Counted from the stretch's first letter, positions 9,978 to 21,417 are shown. The stretch is DNA of 64,000 nt from an uncultured Planctomycetales bacterium (GCA_964583975.1 CAZOXU010000004.1:6100-70099); one strand, 5' to 3'. Made by a program: numbers and translations. Notes: generated by a model from the sequence alone, not told the origin.

Positions 9978-11198
9978 TCACAAATGAGGTAAATGGGCTA
10001 CAAATGATTTGGCGTTATAAATGCAATCATTAAAAGAAATACCATCTAGATAATTAGCACACAAAAATAGATTAGGCCTTCTTTCTAGAAAACTTCTTAC
10101 ATCTTCACGGATGGATGAATAGTTTAGTTCGTACTGAGGAATTGCCTTAGCCCAAAGTTTAATGAATATTCTTTGTGGCTGATCTTTAAGACCATAAACA
10201 GTATCAATTTCCTTAATAGCTTTGGCAATTAATTGTTCTTGGGATTGAATAGCAATTTCAGGATGATGCCTCCCTCCCAACATAACACGAATAAACACTA
10301 AATCTTCTTGAGAGCTTCGTTTAAATACGTTACTTTCTAAAAGGACCCCTAAAACTTCCTTACCTTCTGTAGAGGGAATCAAATATCCAAAACCATCCGG
10401 TTGCTTTTTAAAGGAACTTTTTTTAATCGCTAAACCTACCACGGCAATAGGAGAATAATATATCTGATTTAATGAATCCAATTTGACCAACGAAGCAGTC
10501 ACGTAAGCTGGAGTGGCAACAACAAACAGATCAGCTTTAATTTCATCTAAACTTTTAATTTCTACTCCCGTTTGAATAAAAGCTTTATATCTCTTAAATA
10601 GATAGGCAATCAAACTTCCCATCCCTTGTTTAAAAGAACAGAGCTTGGCCTTACCTCTTCTATGGCTAAGTTTTAAGAAAACTGATTTCATATGTAAACG
10701 TTTAATATCTCCCGCATGAACACCACTCAAGAAAGGATCAACAAAACGGTCCGTGACAGCAGGTCCAAAACGCTTGGAAGTATAGTCATAAACACTTTGA
10801 TCTTTAGAAATATCCGTAATCAAAAATCCTTTTAAAAGACGAAATTTTTGCCTCATTGTTAAAAGTGGAGTTTTTATGAAGCTAATCGGGTCCATAGGCA
10901 ATAAATGCAAACGACCATTGATCTGTACGTAACGGCGACTTGACGAAGCATCTGCTTCAATCAATTGATCATTAAAACCAATTTCTTTTAAAAACTCTAA
11001 GGTGTTGGGTTGGTTAGTGAGAAACCCGTTAGGACCTGTTTCAAATAAGAATCCTTGGTTTTCCAGCGTAGCAATCGAGCCGCCCACTTGGGAAGAAGAT
11101 TCATACAAAACAATCTCAATATCAGGAAATCGTTGTTTAAGATAATGAAGAACAGCCAAACCTGAAATTCCTCCACCAATGATGGCAATCTTTTTCAT
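9978..11198 (-). CDS. hemY: protoporphyrinogen oxidase (HemY-type, FAD-dependent)
   Basis: MKKIAIIGGGISGLAVLHYL Rossmann N-terminus. Start taken at the MKKIAI Met; the track ORF begins 10 codons earlier. Confidence 0.8.
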   Translation of the reverse strand: MKKIAIIGGGISGLAVLHYLKQRFPDIEIVLYESSSQVGGSIATLENQGFLFETGPNGFLTNQPNTLEFLKEIGFNDQLIEADASSSRRYVQINGRLHLLPMDPISFIKTPLLTMRQKFRLLKGFLITDISKDQSVYDYTSKRFGPAVTDRFVDPFLSGVHAGDIKRLHMKSVFLKLSHRRGKAKLCSFKQGMGSLIAYLFKRYKAFIQTGVEIKSLDEIKADLFVVATPAYVTASLVKLDSLNQIYYSPIAVVGLAIKKSSFKKQPDGFGYLIPSTEGKEVLGVLLESNVFKRSSQEDLVFIRVMLGGRHHPEIAIQSQEQLIAKAIKEIDTVYGLKDQPQRIFIKLWAKAIPQYELNYSSIREDVRSFLERRPNLFLCANYLDGISFNDCIYNAKSFVAHLPHL

Positions 11199-11199
11199 T

Positions 11200-12195
11200 C
11201 TATTTCCAAGAGAATTTATGCACTTCATCTACGATAAGTTTGAGTTTCAGCGGATCAACATCAGGCATAACACCATGGTTGAGGTTAAATATATATTTCT
11301 TATGCTTGGCCTTGGCATTCTTTAACAACCTACGAACTTCTTCTACAATTGTCTTTTCATCAGCGTACAAAAGCAGGTTCAAAAAATTCCCCTGAATGCC
11401 ACTTTTAACCTTAATCTTTCCGATATCAACAGTTTCACAGACAGAAAGCAAATCTGCCCCACTTTTATCCATAAGGTCTAACAAATGTGAACAATTCTTT
11501 AAGAAATAAATCGATGGCAAATTGACTGATTTAAAGATTTTCTGCACATAAGGCAAAACAAATTCTCGGTAATCTTCATAACGCAACGAGCCTGCCCAGG
11601 TATCAAAAAGTTGATAACATTTTATACCTGCCTGCTGCTGTTGCTTTAGATAAAGAACGGTGTTATTAGTCAATAAATCCATAAAGGCATGAAAGCTTTT
11701 GGGATCAGAGTACAACAACCTGTTACTTTTATGACACAAATAAGTCAAGACAGTATACGGAGAACCAGCAAAACCAATTAAAGGGACTGAAGGCGGCAAA
11801 ACTGCATTAATGAGCTTAATGGTATTGCTAACATACTCTAAACCACTATACTTCCCCAGACGTTTCAAATCTCCAGAATGATAGATAGCATTTTTAACTA
11901 CAGGTCCTTTGCCATCAATAAAATCGATATCAAAACCCATCCCTGATGGCATCGTCATAATGTCAGCAAACAAAATCGCTGCATCAACTCCTAAGATTTC
12001 AAGCGGCTGTAAAGTAATAGCTCCTGCAATTTCAGGAATACGAAATAATTCTTTTAAAGGACGATTGGCTTTAAGGGCCTGATATTGAGGTAAATATCTT
12101 CCCGCCTGACGCATAAACCATACTGGGACGCGCTTATTCTTACCTTCAAATGCCAATAGAAAATCACTTTGTGGTTGATTTACCTTAGTTACCAT
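11200..12195 (-). CDS. hemE: uroporphyrinogen decarboxylase
   Basis: VPVWFMRQAGRYLPQY signature. Confidence 0.9.
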   Translation of the reverse strand: MVTKVNQPQSDFLLAFEGKNKRVPVWFMRQAGRYLPQYQALKANRPLKELFRIPEIAGAITLQPLEILGVDAAILFADIMTMPSGMGFDIDFIDGKGPVVKNAIYHSGDLKRLGKYSGLEYVSNTIKLINAVLPPSVPLIGFAGSPYTVLTYLCHKSNRLLYSDPKSFHAFMDLLTNNTVLYLKQQQQAGIKCYQLFDTWAGSLRYEDYREFVLPYVQKIFKSVNLPSIYFLKNCSHLLDLMDKSGADLLSVCETVDIGKIKVKSGIQGNFLNLLLYADEKTIVEEVRRLLKNAKAKHKKYIFNLNHGVMPDVDPLKLKLIVDEVHKFSWK

Positions 12196-12210
12196 AGCAG
12201 CCTTTCTGTT

Positions 12211-13587
12211 CTAAACCGTTCTAGAAAATCGTTTATGGCCATCTTTTTGTCTTAAATACCAATCAAAACCCATACATACATTACGTATAAAAAGCTTTCC
12301 TAAATCTGTGACCTCAATTGTATCTTCAGCCTCAACTATAAGTCCATCTTCTTTACAGTTCTGAATATGGGCAACTTCATACTTAAAATATTCATTAAAT
12401 TTAATTCTAAATTGATCAAAAAAAAGTTCTTTATTAACTTCAAACTGACACATTAGGCTTCGAATTACCCACTGACGCTTAACATCATCATCCGACAATG
12501 TCTTACCACGCTCAATAGGCAATTGCCCTTTAGAAATCAAATCGTAATACTCTGGAAGAACTTTCACATTTTGGGCAAAGCTGTTTTCTAAAAAACCAAT
12601 GGCTGAAGGCCCCACCCCAATAAATTCATCAGCAGGCTTGACCGTATAACCCATAAAATTACGATACAGCCTTCCCTCATTAAATGCTTTAGCCATTTCA
12701 TCCTCAGCTAAAGCAAAATGATCCATGGCAATAGCTTGATATCCTGAATTCAATAAAGAATTTCTGGAATTAATAAAAATATCCAGCTTCTCATCATGTA
12801 AAGGGATAGCATTAAGATTAAACTTGTTTTGAGGTTTGGATAACCATGGAACATAAGCAAAGCTGTATAAAGCAATACGATCTGGTCTTAAACCAATCAC
12901 CAGATCTAAGGTTTTTTTAAAAGTCTCCCGAGTCTGATACGGTAAGCCGTAAATCAAATCAAAATTAAGTGATTTAAACTTCAATTCCCTGCACCAATCA
13001 CTAATCTGTTCAACTTCCTTGTATGGTTGGATGCGATTGATGTCATCCATAACCTTTGCATCAAAATCCTGAACACCTAAAGAAATACGATTAAATCCCA
13101 AATCTCTAAGTAGTTTTAATTTGCTTAAAGTTGCTGTTCTAGGATCAACTTCAACAGCAATCTCTTCGTTAAAATCGATCTCGAAGAGAGATTTAATCTT
13201 ATCAAATAACTTTTTTAATTGAGATTCAGACAAATAAGTTGGAGTGCCACCACCGAAATGTAACTGACGAATAAGCTTCTTGTGACCAATATAGGAGGCA
13301 ACCAGGTCAATCTCCTTAAAAAGGTGTTGGAGAAACTCTTCTCCCACCCTTTCATCCTTGGGACGAATAACCTTATTACAGGCACAAAAATAACACAAAC
13401 TTTCACAAAAGGGAATGTGTACATACAGAGAAAGCGTCTTGTCATTACAGCCAAAAGCTTGAAGCTTTGCAATATACCCTTGAGCGTTAAAGTTTTTATC
13501 CCATTGGGGAGCTGTTGGATAGCTAGTATAACGAGGGCCTGGTACATCGTATTTCTGTAAGGTTTGCTTATCAATTACTAACGACAT
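12211..13587 (-). CDS. hemN: oxygen-independent coproporphyrinogen III oxidase (radical SAM)
   Basis: YVHIPFCESLCYFCACN CxxxCxxC cluster motif. HemN length. Confidence 0.9.
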   Translation of the reverse strand: MSLVIDKQTLQKYDVPGPRYTSYPTAPQWDKNFNAQGYIAKLQAFGCNDKTLSLYVHIPFCESLCYFCACNKVIRPKDERVGEEFLQHLFKEIDLVASYIGHKKLIRQLHFGGGTPTYLSESQLKKLFDKIKSLFEIDFNEEIAVEVDPRTATLSKLKLLRDLGFNRISLGVQDFDAKVMDDINRIQPYKEVEQISDWCRELKFKSLNFDLIYGLPYQTRETFKKTLDLVIGLRPDRIALYSFAYVPWLSKPQNKFNLNAIPLHDEKLDIFINSRNSLLNSGYQAIAMDHFALAEDEMAKAFNEGRLYRNFMGYTVKPADEFIGVGPSAIGFLENSFAQNVKVLPEYYDLISKGQLPIERGKTLSDDDVKRQWVIRSLMCQFEVNKELFFDQFRIKFNEYFKYEVAHIQNCKEDGLIVEAEDTIEVTDLGKLFIRNVCMGFDWYLRQKDGHKRFSRTV

Positions 13588-13620
13588 AAGAATAATTGTA
13601 CTGGCTAGAGACGGGCTTGT

Positions 13621-15150
13621 CTAGAAAGATAGCGGCTTCTGATAAAGAATTATAATCTGTTCTTTCTTTGCTTCCATAGAGTGTATTTGATCTAAAAGAC
13701 GAGGGGCTTCTATATGCCAAGGAGTATCCACTATAATATCCTGAAAAATTCTCTTTGCTCTTTCAATGTTGCCTTTCATTATATAACAATATGCTAATGA
13801 AGTTTTAGCAAAAGGATCTTTCATGCCATGTTTTAGACCCTCTTCAAAAACATCCTGAGCCTTATCATAAAGATGCATAGAAAAATATTCTTGACCTAAG
13901 TAGGCATACCCATGTTGATTGTCTGGATAATTTTGAATCCATGATTTACTTGTAACAAAAATATTCTTCATGAGGTGATTAATGTAAACAGTATGAATGA
14001 TCATAGACAAGAACACCCCTCCAATTATAAAAAACAAAGAAAAAGAAATCTTTTTATTATCACCCCAAATAAGATAAGAAACTAAAATACATAAGCCTAT
14101 GGATGGTAGGTAAAAATATCTAAAAGCCATGATGTTAAGAAGTGGAATAAAATTAGAAATAGGCAAATAAAACAATACGAACCAACCTATAGAGAACAAT
14201 AACAATTTATTTCTTCTTGCTAGAACCAGACCTGCGATTGCCATCGAAAAGATAATAATAATGTTAATAAAAACCTCAAAACTTATGATTTTCCCATGTA
14301 TTGGTGAATAATTTGGTGGAAGCGGATAAACAAGCAATGGAAAACAAAAAGATTTAATATATTCAAATAAGATTCGAATAACCACACAAGCTTGTTCTAG
14401 AAAATTAAATCTAGGAACAATTAAAACAGAATAAGAATAGACAAAGAAATAGATATAAAAATAAAAACTAAGCAAAATCCAAAAGCCTAGTTGGTATTTA
14501 AGTACAAATTTTTCTTTATTATATATCCAAGCATAAAACAAAATAAACACTGGCAAAGGTGCTGTAGATTCTTTAGTTAAAAGGGCTAAGAAGAAAAATA
14601 TCAACGATGCCCAATAATATTTTCTTATTCTAAAATCACACGAAAATCGTAACCATCCATAAAAAGACAACAACACAAAAAAAGTTGCTAGCAAATCCCC
14701 CCTATAACATACTGTAGCTACCGGCTCTGACATTACAGGATGGATTCCAAACAAAAATGCTGCGAAAAAACTTACGTTTGAAGAAAAAATCCTTAATAAA
14801 ATCAGATATAAAACCACAACATTAAATATATGAATTATTACATTTTCCAAATGATAGCCAAAAGGTCTCTTCCCCCATAATTGATAATCAAAAAAGAAAG
14901 TTATTTTATCTAAAACTCTAAATGAGGCATTTATAGGTCCTCTATCAACAACTTCATAAGCAAATGAATACTCTTCCCTATTTGTTGTAGGCGTTCCCTT
15001 TTGAAAAAGCCTAGGAACATTACTCCAAGAAGTATAAAAAGTATTATAGGTAATTAATTTTTCATCATCACCAAAGAAATCATTTTGCAAGGTATTGGCG
15101 TAACTAAAAAAAACTATTAAACAAAGAATAATAATATGAATTATTTTCAT
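13621..15150 (-). CDS. TMTC-like polytopic membrane protein with C-terminal TPR repeats (putative protein O-mannosyltransferase family, DUF1736/PMT_2-like)
   Basis: N-terminal YANTLQNDFFGDDEKLI motif typical of bacterial TMTC homologues. At least 10 TM helices. C-terminal TPR-like helices. Confidence 0.55.
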   Translation of the reverse strand: MKIIHIIILCLIVFFSYANTLQNDFFGDDEKLITYNTFYTSWSNVPRLFQKGTPTTNREEYSFAYEVVDRGPINASFRVLDKITFFFDYQLWGKRPFGYHLENVIIHIFNVVVLYLILLRIFSSNVSFFAAFLFGIHPVMSEPVATVCYRGDLLATFFVLLSFYGWLRFSCDFRIRKYYWASLIFFFLALLTKESTAPLPVFILFYAWIYNKEKFVLKYQLGFWILLSFYFYIYFFVYSYSVLIVPRFNFLEQACVVIRILFEYIKSFCFPLLVYPLPPNYSPIHGKIISFEVFINIIIIFSMAIAGLVLARRNKLLLFSIGWFVLFYLPISNFIPLLNIMAFRYFYLPSIGLCILVSYLIWGDNKKISFSLFFIIGGVFLSMIIHTVYINHLMKNIFVTSKSWIQNYPDNQHGYAYLGQEYFSMHLYDKAQDVFEEGLKHGMKDPFAKTSLAYCYIMKGNIERAKRIFQDIIVDTPWHIEAPRLLDQIHSMEAKKEQIIILYQKPLSF

Positions 15151-15183
15151 TTATTTTGTATAGATTTAGATTAATTGTAAATC

Positions 15184-15936
15184 TTACGAAAGATTTTCTT
15201 TGAGGTGGATCTTATTCATGCGGGCAATATGTTCGACACTGATCTGTTTGGGACAGGCTGCTTCGCATTCATATTCATTAGAACAGCTACCAAAACCCTC
15301 TTCATCCATCTTTTGCACCATATTAAGTGTGCGACTTTTAAGTTCAGGAGAACCCTGTGGTAGAGTGTTCAAATGATCGATCTTGGCTGAAACAAAAAGC
15401 ATGGCTGAAGCATTTGGACAAGCAGCTACGCAAGCCCCACAACCAATACATTCAGCAGCACTCATAGCCCAATCAGCCGCCTCTTTAGGAACTGGAATAG
15501 AATGAGCATCTGGGGCTTGGCCTGTTTTGACCGAAATATATCCGCCAGCCTGAATCACACGATCAAAAGCAGAACGATTTACTGAAAGATCTTTAACAAT
15601 AGGAAAAGCTTTAGAACGAAATGGCTCAAGAACAAGAGTCTGACCATCTTTAAAATTACGCATATGCAATTGGCAGAGCGTGGTTCCTTTTAATGGTCCA
15701 TGTGCCTGGCCATTAATGACCGCGCCACAAGCGCCACAAATACCTTCGCGACAATCATGATCAAAAGCAATAGGCTCAATACCCGATTTAGTCAAATTGT
15801 CATTAACAACATCCAACATTTCAAGGAAAGACATGTCTGTATCAATGTCCTTGGCCTCATAAATCTCAAAATGGCCCTTATCCTCAGCAGATTTCTGACG
15901 CCAGACTCTCAATGTAAGATGGATTGTTTTGCTCAT
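15184..15936 (-). CDS. sdhB: succinate dehydrogenase/fumarate reductase iron-sulfur subunit
   Basis: [10 protein letters not shown] (2Fe-2S), [12 protein letters not shown] and CEAACP clusters. Confidence 0.9.
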   Translation of the reverse strand: MSKTIHLTLRVWRQKSAEDKGHFEIYEAKDIDTDMSFLEMLDVVNDNLTKSGIEPIAFDHDCREGICGACGAVINGQAHGPLKGTTLCQLHMRNFKDGQTLVLEPFRSKAFPIVKDLSVNRSAFDRVIQAGGYISVKTGQAPDAHSIPVPKEAADWAMSAAECIGCGACVAACPNASAMLFVSAKIDHLNTLPQGSPELKSRTLNMVQKMDEEGFGSCSNEYECEAACPKQISVEHIARMNKIHLKENLS

Positions 15937-15973
15937 AATTGACCCGTATTGTACGGGCTGGGTTACCCAGCCC
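15937..15973. repeat. two adjacent GC-rich hairpins (cccgtattgtacggg and gggctgggttacccagccc) filling the sdhA-sdhB spacer
   Basis: Inverted repeats seen directly. They fill the whole 37-nt intra-operon spacer. Confidence 0.4.
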
Positions 15974-17887
15974 CTACTTATAAGACCTCTGCGCTAAATG
16001 CACTTCCTCAAATTTCAACTCTTCTTTATGTAAAGTTGGCTCCTTGCCCACACCATTAAACTGCCAGGCCGCCACATAACTAAATAAATCATCGCGACGC
16101 AAAGCTTCCCCTTCAGGTGTTTGGTATTCCTCCCTGAAATGTCCACCACAGCTTTCTTCCCGAACCAACGCATCCCTTACTAATAATTCAGCAAATTCCA
16201 AGAAATCAGCCACCCGTCCGGCTCGCTCTAAGGCTTGATTAAATTCTTCACCAGAACCAAGCACATTAACGTTCTTCCAAAACTCTTCCCTAATCTGTGG
16301 AATTTTCTTTAAAGCTTCTTTGAGTCCTGCTTCATTACGGGCCATGCCACATTTATCCCAAACAAGCTTGCCTAATTCACGATGGAAATCATCGACCGTG
16401 CGTTTGCCCTTAATAGATAACAATTCTTTAACCAGATTATGAACATCATTTTCGGTTTTCTTAAACTCAGCATGTTCGACCAATTTCTTTTCAATTGGCT
16501 TATTTTGCGCTAAATAATTACCAATGGTATAGGGCAAAACAAAATATCCATCCGCCAAGCCTTGCATTAAGGCGCTCGCCCCAAGACGATTAGCCCCATG
16601 ATCAGAAAAATTAGCTTCTCCAATGACAAAAAGCCCAGGCAAATTGCTCATTAATGTATAGTCAACCCACAAGCCACCCATAGTGTAATGCACCGCTGGA
16701 TAAATCATCATAGGGGTCTTATATGGATTATGATCAGTGATCTTTTGATACATATCAAAAAGATTACCGTATTTTTCTTTAATGATCTCTGGTCCCAAAC
16801 GTTGAATGGAATCTGCGAAATCCAAATATACAGCCTGTCCAGTTGAACCTACGCCCAGACCTGCATCACACTGCTCTTTAACGTTACGTGAAGCAATATC
16901 ACGAGGCACCAAATTACCAAAACCAGGATATTTACGTTCTAAGAAATAATCACGTTCCGAAGCAGGAATTTCATGAGCTGGACGTTGATCTCCCTGTTTT
17001 TTAGGAACCCAGACCCTGCCGTCATTACGCAAGCTTTCGCTCATCAGGGTTAATTTAGATTGATAATCCCCATGTACAGGTATGCAAGTTGGATGGATTT
17101 GTGTATAGCAAGGATTTGAAAAGAAAGCACCCTTCTTATGCGCTCTCCATGTAGCAGTTACATTGCTGCCTTTGGCATTAGTTGACAAATAAAATACATT
17201 ACCATAACCACCTGTAGCTAATACTACCGCATCCCCTGCATGAGATTCAATCTTCCCGGTAATTAAATTACGAACAACGATTCCTTTAGCAACGCCATCA
17301 ATAACTACAATATCTAAAAGCTCAGTACGCGGATGAAGCGTGACATTACCATTCGCTGCTTCTTTCATCAAGGCTTGATAGGCACCTAGAAGAAGTTGTT
17401 GGCCAGTTTGTCCACGCGCATAAAACGTACGAGAAACCTGCGCGCCACCAAAGGATCGATTATCCAAATAACCACCATATTCACGTGCAAAAGGAACCCC
17501 CTGAGCTACGCATTGGTCAATAATACAAGTGCTGACTTCAGCTAAACGATAAACATTGGCTTCACGCGAACGAAAATCTCCACCTTTGACTGTGTCATAA
17601 AAAAGCCTTTTGATGCTATCGCCATCATTAGGATAATTCTTGGCTGCATTAATACCACCTTGAGCAGCAATCGAATGAGCACGTCTAGGAGAATCTTGGA
17701 AGCAAAAGCTTTCAACGTTATAACCTAATTCACTCATCGAAGCTGCTGCTGAAGCGCCTGCCAAACCTGTCCCTACAACCAAAACCTTATACTTACGCTT
17801 ATTGGCAGGGTTGACCAACTTGGCATTGAACTTAAAATTCGTCCACTTATCCTTCATTGCTCCAGCTGGGATTTTAGAATCTAACAT
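15974..17887 (-). CDS. sdhA: succinate dehydrogenase/fumarate reductase flavoprotein subunit
   Basis: [18 protein letters not shown]-binding fold, [10 protein letters not shown] with the covalent-FAD His, and a C-terminal Frd/Sdh domain. Confidence 0.9.
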   Translation of the reverse strand: MLDSKIPAGAMKDKWTNFKFNAKLVNPANKRKYKVLVVGTGLAGASAAASMSELGYNVESFCFQDSPRRAHSIAAQGGINAAKNYPNDGDSIKRLFYDTVKGGDFRSREANVYRLAEVSTCIIDQCVAQGVPFAREYGGYLDNRSFGGAQVSRTFYARGQTGQQLLLGAYQALMKEAANGNVTLHPRTELLDIVVIDGVAKGIVVRNLITGKIESHAGDAVVLATGGYGNVFYLSTNAKGSNVTATWRAHKKGAFFSNPCYTQIHPTCIPVHGDYQSKLTLMSESLRNDGRVWVPKKQGDQRPAHEIPASERDYFLERKYPGFGNLVPRDIASRNVKEQCDAGLGVGSTGQAVYLDFADSIQRLGPEIIKEKYGNLFDMYQKITDHNPYKTPMMIYPAVHYTMGGLWVDYTLMSNLPGLFVIGEANFSDHGANRLGASALMQGLADGYFVLPYTIGNYLAQNKPIEKKLVEHAEFKKTENDVHNLVKELLSIKGKRTVDDFHRELGKLVWDKCGMARNEAGLKEALKKIPQIREEFWKNVNVLGSGEEFNQALERAGRVADFLEFAELLVRDALVREESCGGHFREEYQTPEGEALRRDDLFSYVAAWQFNGVGKEPTLHKEELKFEEVHLAQRSYK

Positions 17888-17927
17888 AATCTTTTCCGTA
17901 CAGGTGAGGTTACGCTCGCCTCTACAA

Positions 17928-18605
17928 TTAAACTTTTAAAATATATAAAACGTATAAAGGAATTGAACTGTATGCCACCACAATAAAGACTGCAAACATA
18001 TTGCTAAACCATTTTACTTTAGGAGTGAATCGATTGTCATTAAAACCAAAGGTTTGAATAAAGCTTTGCACGCCATGCGCTAAATGTAATCCTAAAAAAC
18101 ACATAGCAATCACATACAAATAACTATGCACAGGATCTTTAAAGGTATTGACTACCAGACCATACAGACCACTATCTACTCCATGAATAAAGCTCTTAGC
18201 TGTATGGTGTCCTGCCCATGTAAAATCACATAAATGCCAAATTAAATAAACGACCAGGTATGTACCGCTAATAGGCATTAAGCGAGTGGCCCATGAACGT
18301 GGACCTTTAGAATTATCAACCGCATAACGGTTAACTCCTCTGGCTCGGATATTTTTGACAATCAATGATGTAACTCTTTCTACATGAATAAGAAACACTA
18401 AAAACAATCCCCATTCAGCGATTTTTACGAATATGCCAAAACTTACTAATTTCTCGGCATACCCATTAAATGCTTGCGGGCCTCCATAGATAAATAAATT
18501 ACCTGCCAAATGGGCAATTACAAAGACAATGAGCATGAGTCCTGTAACAGCCACAATTTGTTTACTTGTAATAGAACGTTTTAAATCGAAGGTTTGGTAA
18601 GACAT
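17928..18605 (-). CDS. sdhC: succinate dehydrogenase/fumarate reductase diheme cytochrome b membrane anchor (type B, 5 TM)
   Basis: 225 aa, 5 TM helices with conserved His residues. Gene order cytb-flavoprotein-FeS matches Wolinella/Bacillus-type enzymes. Confidence 0.7.
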   Translation of the reverse strand: MSYQTFDLKRSITSKQIVAVTGLMLIVFVIAHLAGNLFIYGGPQAFNGYAEKLVSFGIFVKIAEWGLFLVFLIHVERVTSLIVKNIRARGVNRYAVDNSKGPRSWATRLMPISGTYLVVYLIWHLCDFTWAGHHTAKSFIHGVDSGLYGLVVNTFKDPVHSYLYVIAMCFLGLHLAHGVQSFIQTFGFNDNRFTPKVKWFSNMFAVFIVVAYSSIPLYVLYILKV

Positions 18606-18675
18606 AGGATTATTATAATGAAGGAAAAAATGGCAGCAAGATAATTAACGAAATAAAACATAAACTACTAAATCG

Positions 18676-19674
18676 CTATAGTTTAGAGACATGTTTTAAT
18701 GACAGATCTGTCAATTCCCTGCCTCGGGAAGTACGACGCAAAAAGCCTGTTTTAAGTAAATACGGCTCAATCACATCTACTACCGTATCTACTTCTTCAT
18801 TTAAGGTTGCAGATAATGCTTCAATCCCAACCGGACCACCAGAATATTGAGTCTTAATGATTCTTAATAAACGAAGATCTAATTCATCTAAACCATATTC
18901 ATCAATACGTAAAGATTTCATACATTCTACAACTGTGGACAGATTGACATGATCTTGAGAAGTTTTGACTTGGGTATAATCCCTGCAGCGGCGCAACATT
19001 CGGTTAGCTACTCTTGGAGTCCCTCTGGATCGTGCTGCTATTTCTAAAGCGGCATTCATATCTATATTAACTTTAAGTTTATCCGCAGATGCCTTGATAA
19101 TCGTTGCCAAATCATCCTTCTCATAGAATTCAAGATGTTGATGAATTCCAAAACGATCTCTTAAAGGAGTTGCTAACAACCCACTGCGCGTTGTCGCTCC
19201 AATTAATGTAAAGGGTTTCAAATTAAAATTAATTGTCTTAGCGTAGGGGCCCTTATCCACCACAAAATCAATCTTAAAATTTTCCATAGCCGGATAGAGA
19301 AATTCCTCTACTGTCTTTGATAATCGATGAATCTCATCAATAAAAAGAATATCGCCCTTTTCCAGATTGGTTAAAATCCCGATAAAATCTCCTGCTCGCT
19401 GGATCGCTGGACCTGAAGTGATGGTAATACGTGTATTCATTTCATTAGCCACAATATGCGCCAATGAAGTTTTTCCAAGCCCTGGCGGACCAGAAAATAA
19501 AGTGTGTTCTAGGGGTTCTTGGCGTTTTTTTGCAGCGGTGATGGCTATACTCAAAGCGGCAACAATATCTTTCTGCCCTACAAATTCAGTCAATCGTTGA
19601 GGTCTTAAGGATAGACTGACAACTTCATCTTCCTGAGTTTGCTCGCTAATTACCAGACGTCGAATTTCGTCCAT
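18676..19674 (-). CDS. ruvB: Holliday junction branch-migration helicase RuvB
   Basis: GPPGLGKTSLAHIVANEM Walker A and the RuvB C-terminal winged helix. Confidence 0.95.
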   Translation of the reverse strand: MDEIRRLVISEQTQEDEVVSLSLRPQRLTEFVGQKDIVAALSIAITAAKKRQEPLEHTLFSGPPGLGKTSLAHIVANEMNTRITITSGPAIQRAGDFIGILTNLEKGDILFIDEIHRLSKTVEEFLYPAMENFKIDFVVDKGPYAKTINFNLKPFTLIGATTRSGLLATPLRDRFGIHQHLEFYEKDDLATIIKASADKLKVNIDMNAALEIAARSRGTPRVANRMLRRCRDYTQVKTSQDHVNLSTVVECMKSLRIDEYGLDELDLRLLRIIKTQYSGGPVGIEALSATLNEEVDTVVDVIEPYLLKTGFLRRTSRGRELTDLSLKHVSKL

Positions 19675-19679
19675 AGTTT

Positions 19680-20438
19680 TTAATTTGATGTTTGTTCTTC
19701 GGGAGCTGCTTCATGAGAAAAATTGCGAACCAATTCAATATCTTCAAAGGCCCGGTGTTGGAAAGCCAATATTTCTTTGATTCTGACCAATTCCAAAATT
19801 GCAACAAAGGTGCAGACAATTTCCATCTTACACGAGGCTTGCTCAAAAAGATCCTTTAAAGATAGCTTAGGAGATTCCACTAAACGATGCAAGATGGTGT
19901 GAATTTGCCCTTCCACAGAAAATTGGTCTTCATTAACCTGGTAGGTTTGTTTTTCAGGGACTTTAGCCAGAGCTAAATTAAGCGCGTTAATGAGATCAAA
20001 AAGACTAGCTTCAATAAAGACTTCCTCGGCATCTTCTTTAATTTGAGCCATGGCCTCTTGATCTACCAGGCGACTAAAAAGATTCTGACGAAAAGCTTCT
20101 TTTTCTTTAAGATCATCAGCAATTTGTTTAAATTGTTGATATTCTTGTAAGCGTCTGACTAATTCACTTCTTGGATCTTCTTCAGGCTGAGTAGCCAAAG
20201 GATCGGGCGGCAGAAGCATTTTAGATTTAATTTGCATCAGGGTTGCTGCCATGACCAAGAAATCACCTACAATTTCTAAATTCAGTAATTTCATGGTATT
20301 GATATATTGCATATACTGGTCTGTGATCGTTGCAATAGGGATATCACAAATATCAATATCATCTTTCTTAATCAAATACAAAAGAAGATCGAGCGGGCCT
20401 TCAAATTTTTCAAGTTGAATTTTATAAGACATACTCAT
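19680..20438 (-). CDS. scpA: segregation and condensation protein A (kleisin)
   Basis: ScpA-like length and helix pattern (LFDLINALNLAL). Confidence 0.7.
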   Translation of the reverse strand: MSMSYKIQLEKFEGPLDLLLYLIKKDDIDICDIPIATITDQYMQYINTMKLLNLEIVGDFLVMAATLMQIKSKMLLPPDPLATQPEEDPRSELVRRLQEYQQFKQIADDLKEKEAFRQNLFSRLVDQEAMAQIKEDAEEVFIEASLFDLINALNLALAKVPEKQTYQVNEDQFSVEGQIHTILHRLVESPKLSLKDLFEQASCKMEIVCTFVAILELVRIKEILAFQHRAFEDIELVRNFSHEAAPEEQTSN

Positions 20439-21415
20439 CCAAAAATAAGCTGGCGAACTTCAGCCATGGTGGTTTGGGCAATTTGCCTGGCCTTCTTGGC
20501 CCCTTCATTTAATATATCCTGAACACGGTCCCTGTCTTTTGCAAGGCTGGCTCGTTTATCTCTCATAAAACCAAGATAATCTACAATCTTTTCAGCTAAA
20601 ATTCTCTTACAATCGGTACAACCCTTGGTAGCTCCTGTACACCAGGCATATACTTCAGACCCCATCTGAGGAGCAATACCCTGGTAATAGGTAAAGACAT
20701 TACAGTCTTCAGGATGACCAGGATCAGATTTACGAACCCTTTTAGGATCTGTAATCATTTTAGCAACCTTCTGATTAATTTCATCAACCGAATCAGATAA
20801 ATTAATTGCATTGCCGTAACTCTTACTCATCTTACGATTATCTATTCCCAAAAGTCTTGAGGTTTTAGTTAAAATTGGCTTACAATCGGTAAAAAATTCT
20901 TTTTTATAGATAGAATTGAACCGACGAGCAATTTCTCGAGTCAGCTCCAAATGCGGAATTTGATCTTCACCTATTGGAACGCTCGTTGCCTTATAAAGCA
21001 AAATATCAGCAGCCTGCAAAACAGGATATCCTAAAAAAGCGTAAGTTTGTAAATCTCTACTGGTAATTTCTCTTAATTGTTCTTTGTAGGTAGGATTTCG
21101 CTCTAGCCATCCAAGCGGGGTCAAACAAGACAGCACCATCTGAAGCTCTAAATGTTCTGGAACTGCAGATTGAACATACATGATGGATTTATTAGGATCA
21201 ATGCCACAAGCCATCCAATCAATGGCCATATCAATACTATATTCTTTTAATTGCTGACTATTTTCGTATTCACCCATCAGGGCATGCCAATCAGCAATGG
21301 CAAAAATACATCGGTAGTCATTCTGCAAAACGACCCAATTTTGTAGGGCTCCAAACCAATGCCCCAGATGCAACTTTCCAGTTGGGCGCATGGCGCTAAA
21401 AACAGTTTTAGTCAT
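20435..21415 (-). CDS. trpS: tryptophanyl-tRNA synthetase
   Basis: TGKLHLGHWFGA (HIGH) and KMSKS motifs. Confidence 0.9.
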   Translation of the reverse strand: MTKTVFSAMRPTGKLHLGHWFGALQNWVVLQNDYRCIFAIADWHALMGEYENSQQLKEYSIDMAIDWMACGIDPNKSIMYVQSAVPEHLELQMVLSCLTPLGWLERNPTYKEQLREITSRDLQTYAFLGYPVLQAADILLYKATSVPIGEDQIPHLELTREIARRFNSIYKKEFFTDCKPILTKTSRLLGIDNRKMSKSYGNAINLSDSVDEINQKVAKMITDPKRVRKSDPGHPEDCNVFTYYQGIAPQMGSEVYAWCTGATKGCTDCKRILAEKIVDYLGFMRDKRASLAKDRDRVQDILNEGAKKARQIAQTTMAEVRQLIFG

Positions 21416-21417
21416 AA

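Noticed and set aside
13215-13574. 119-aa and 92-aa ORFs on both strands inside hemN
   Set aside because: They are nested within a confidently identified radical-SAM HemN gene and are out-of-frame or antisense shadow ORFs.
19646-19846. 66-aa minus-strand ORF overlapping the ruvB/scpA junction
   Set aside because: It overlaps the ScpA C-terminus in another frame, with no RBS and no features. It is most likely spurious.
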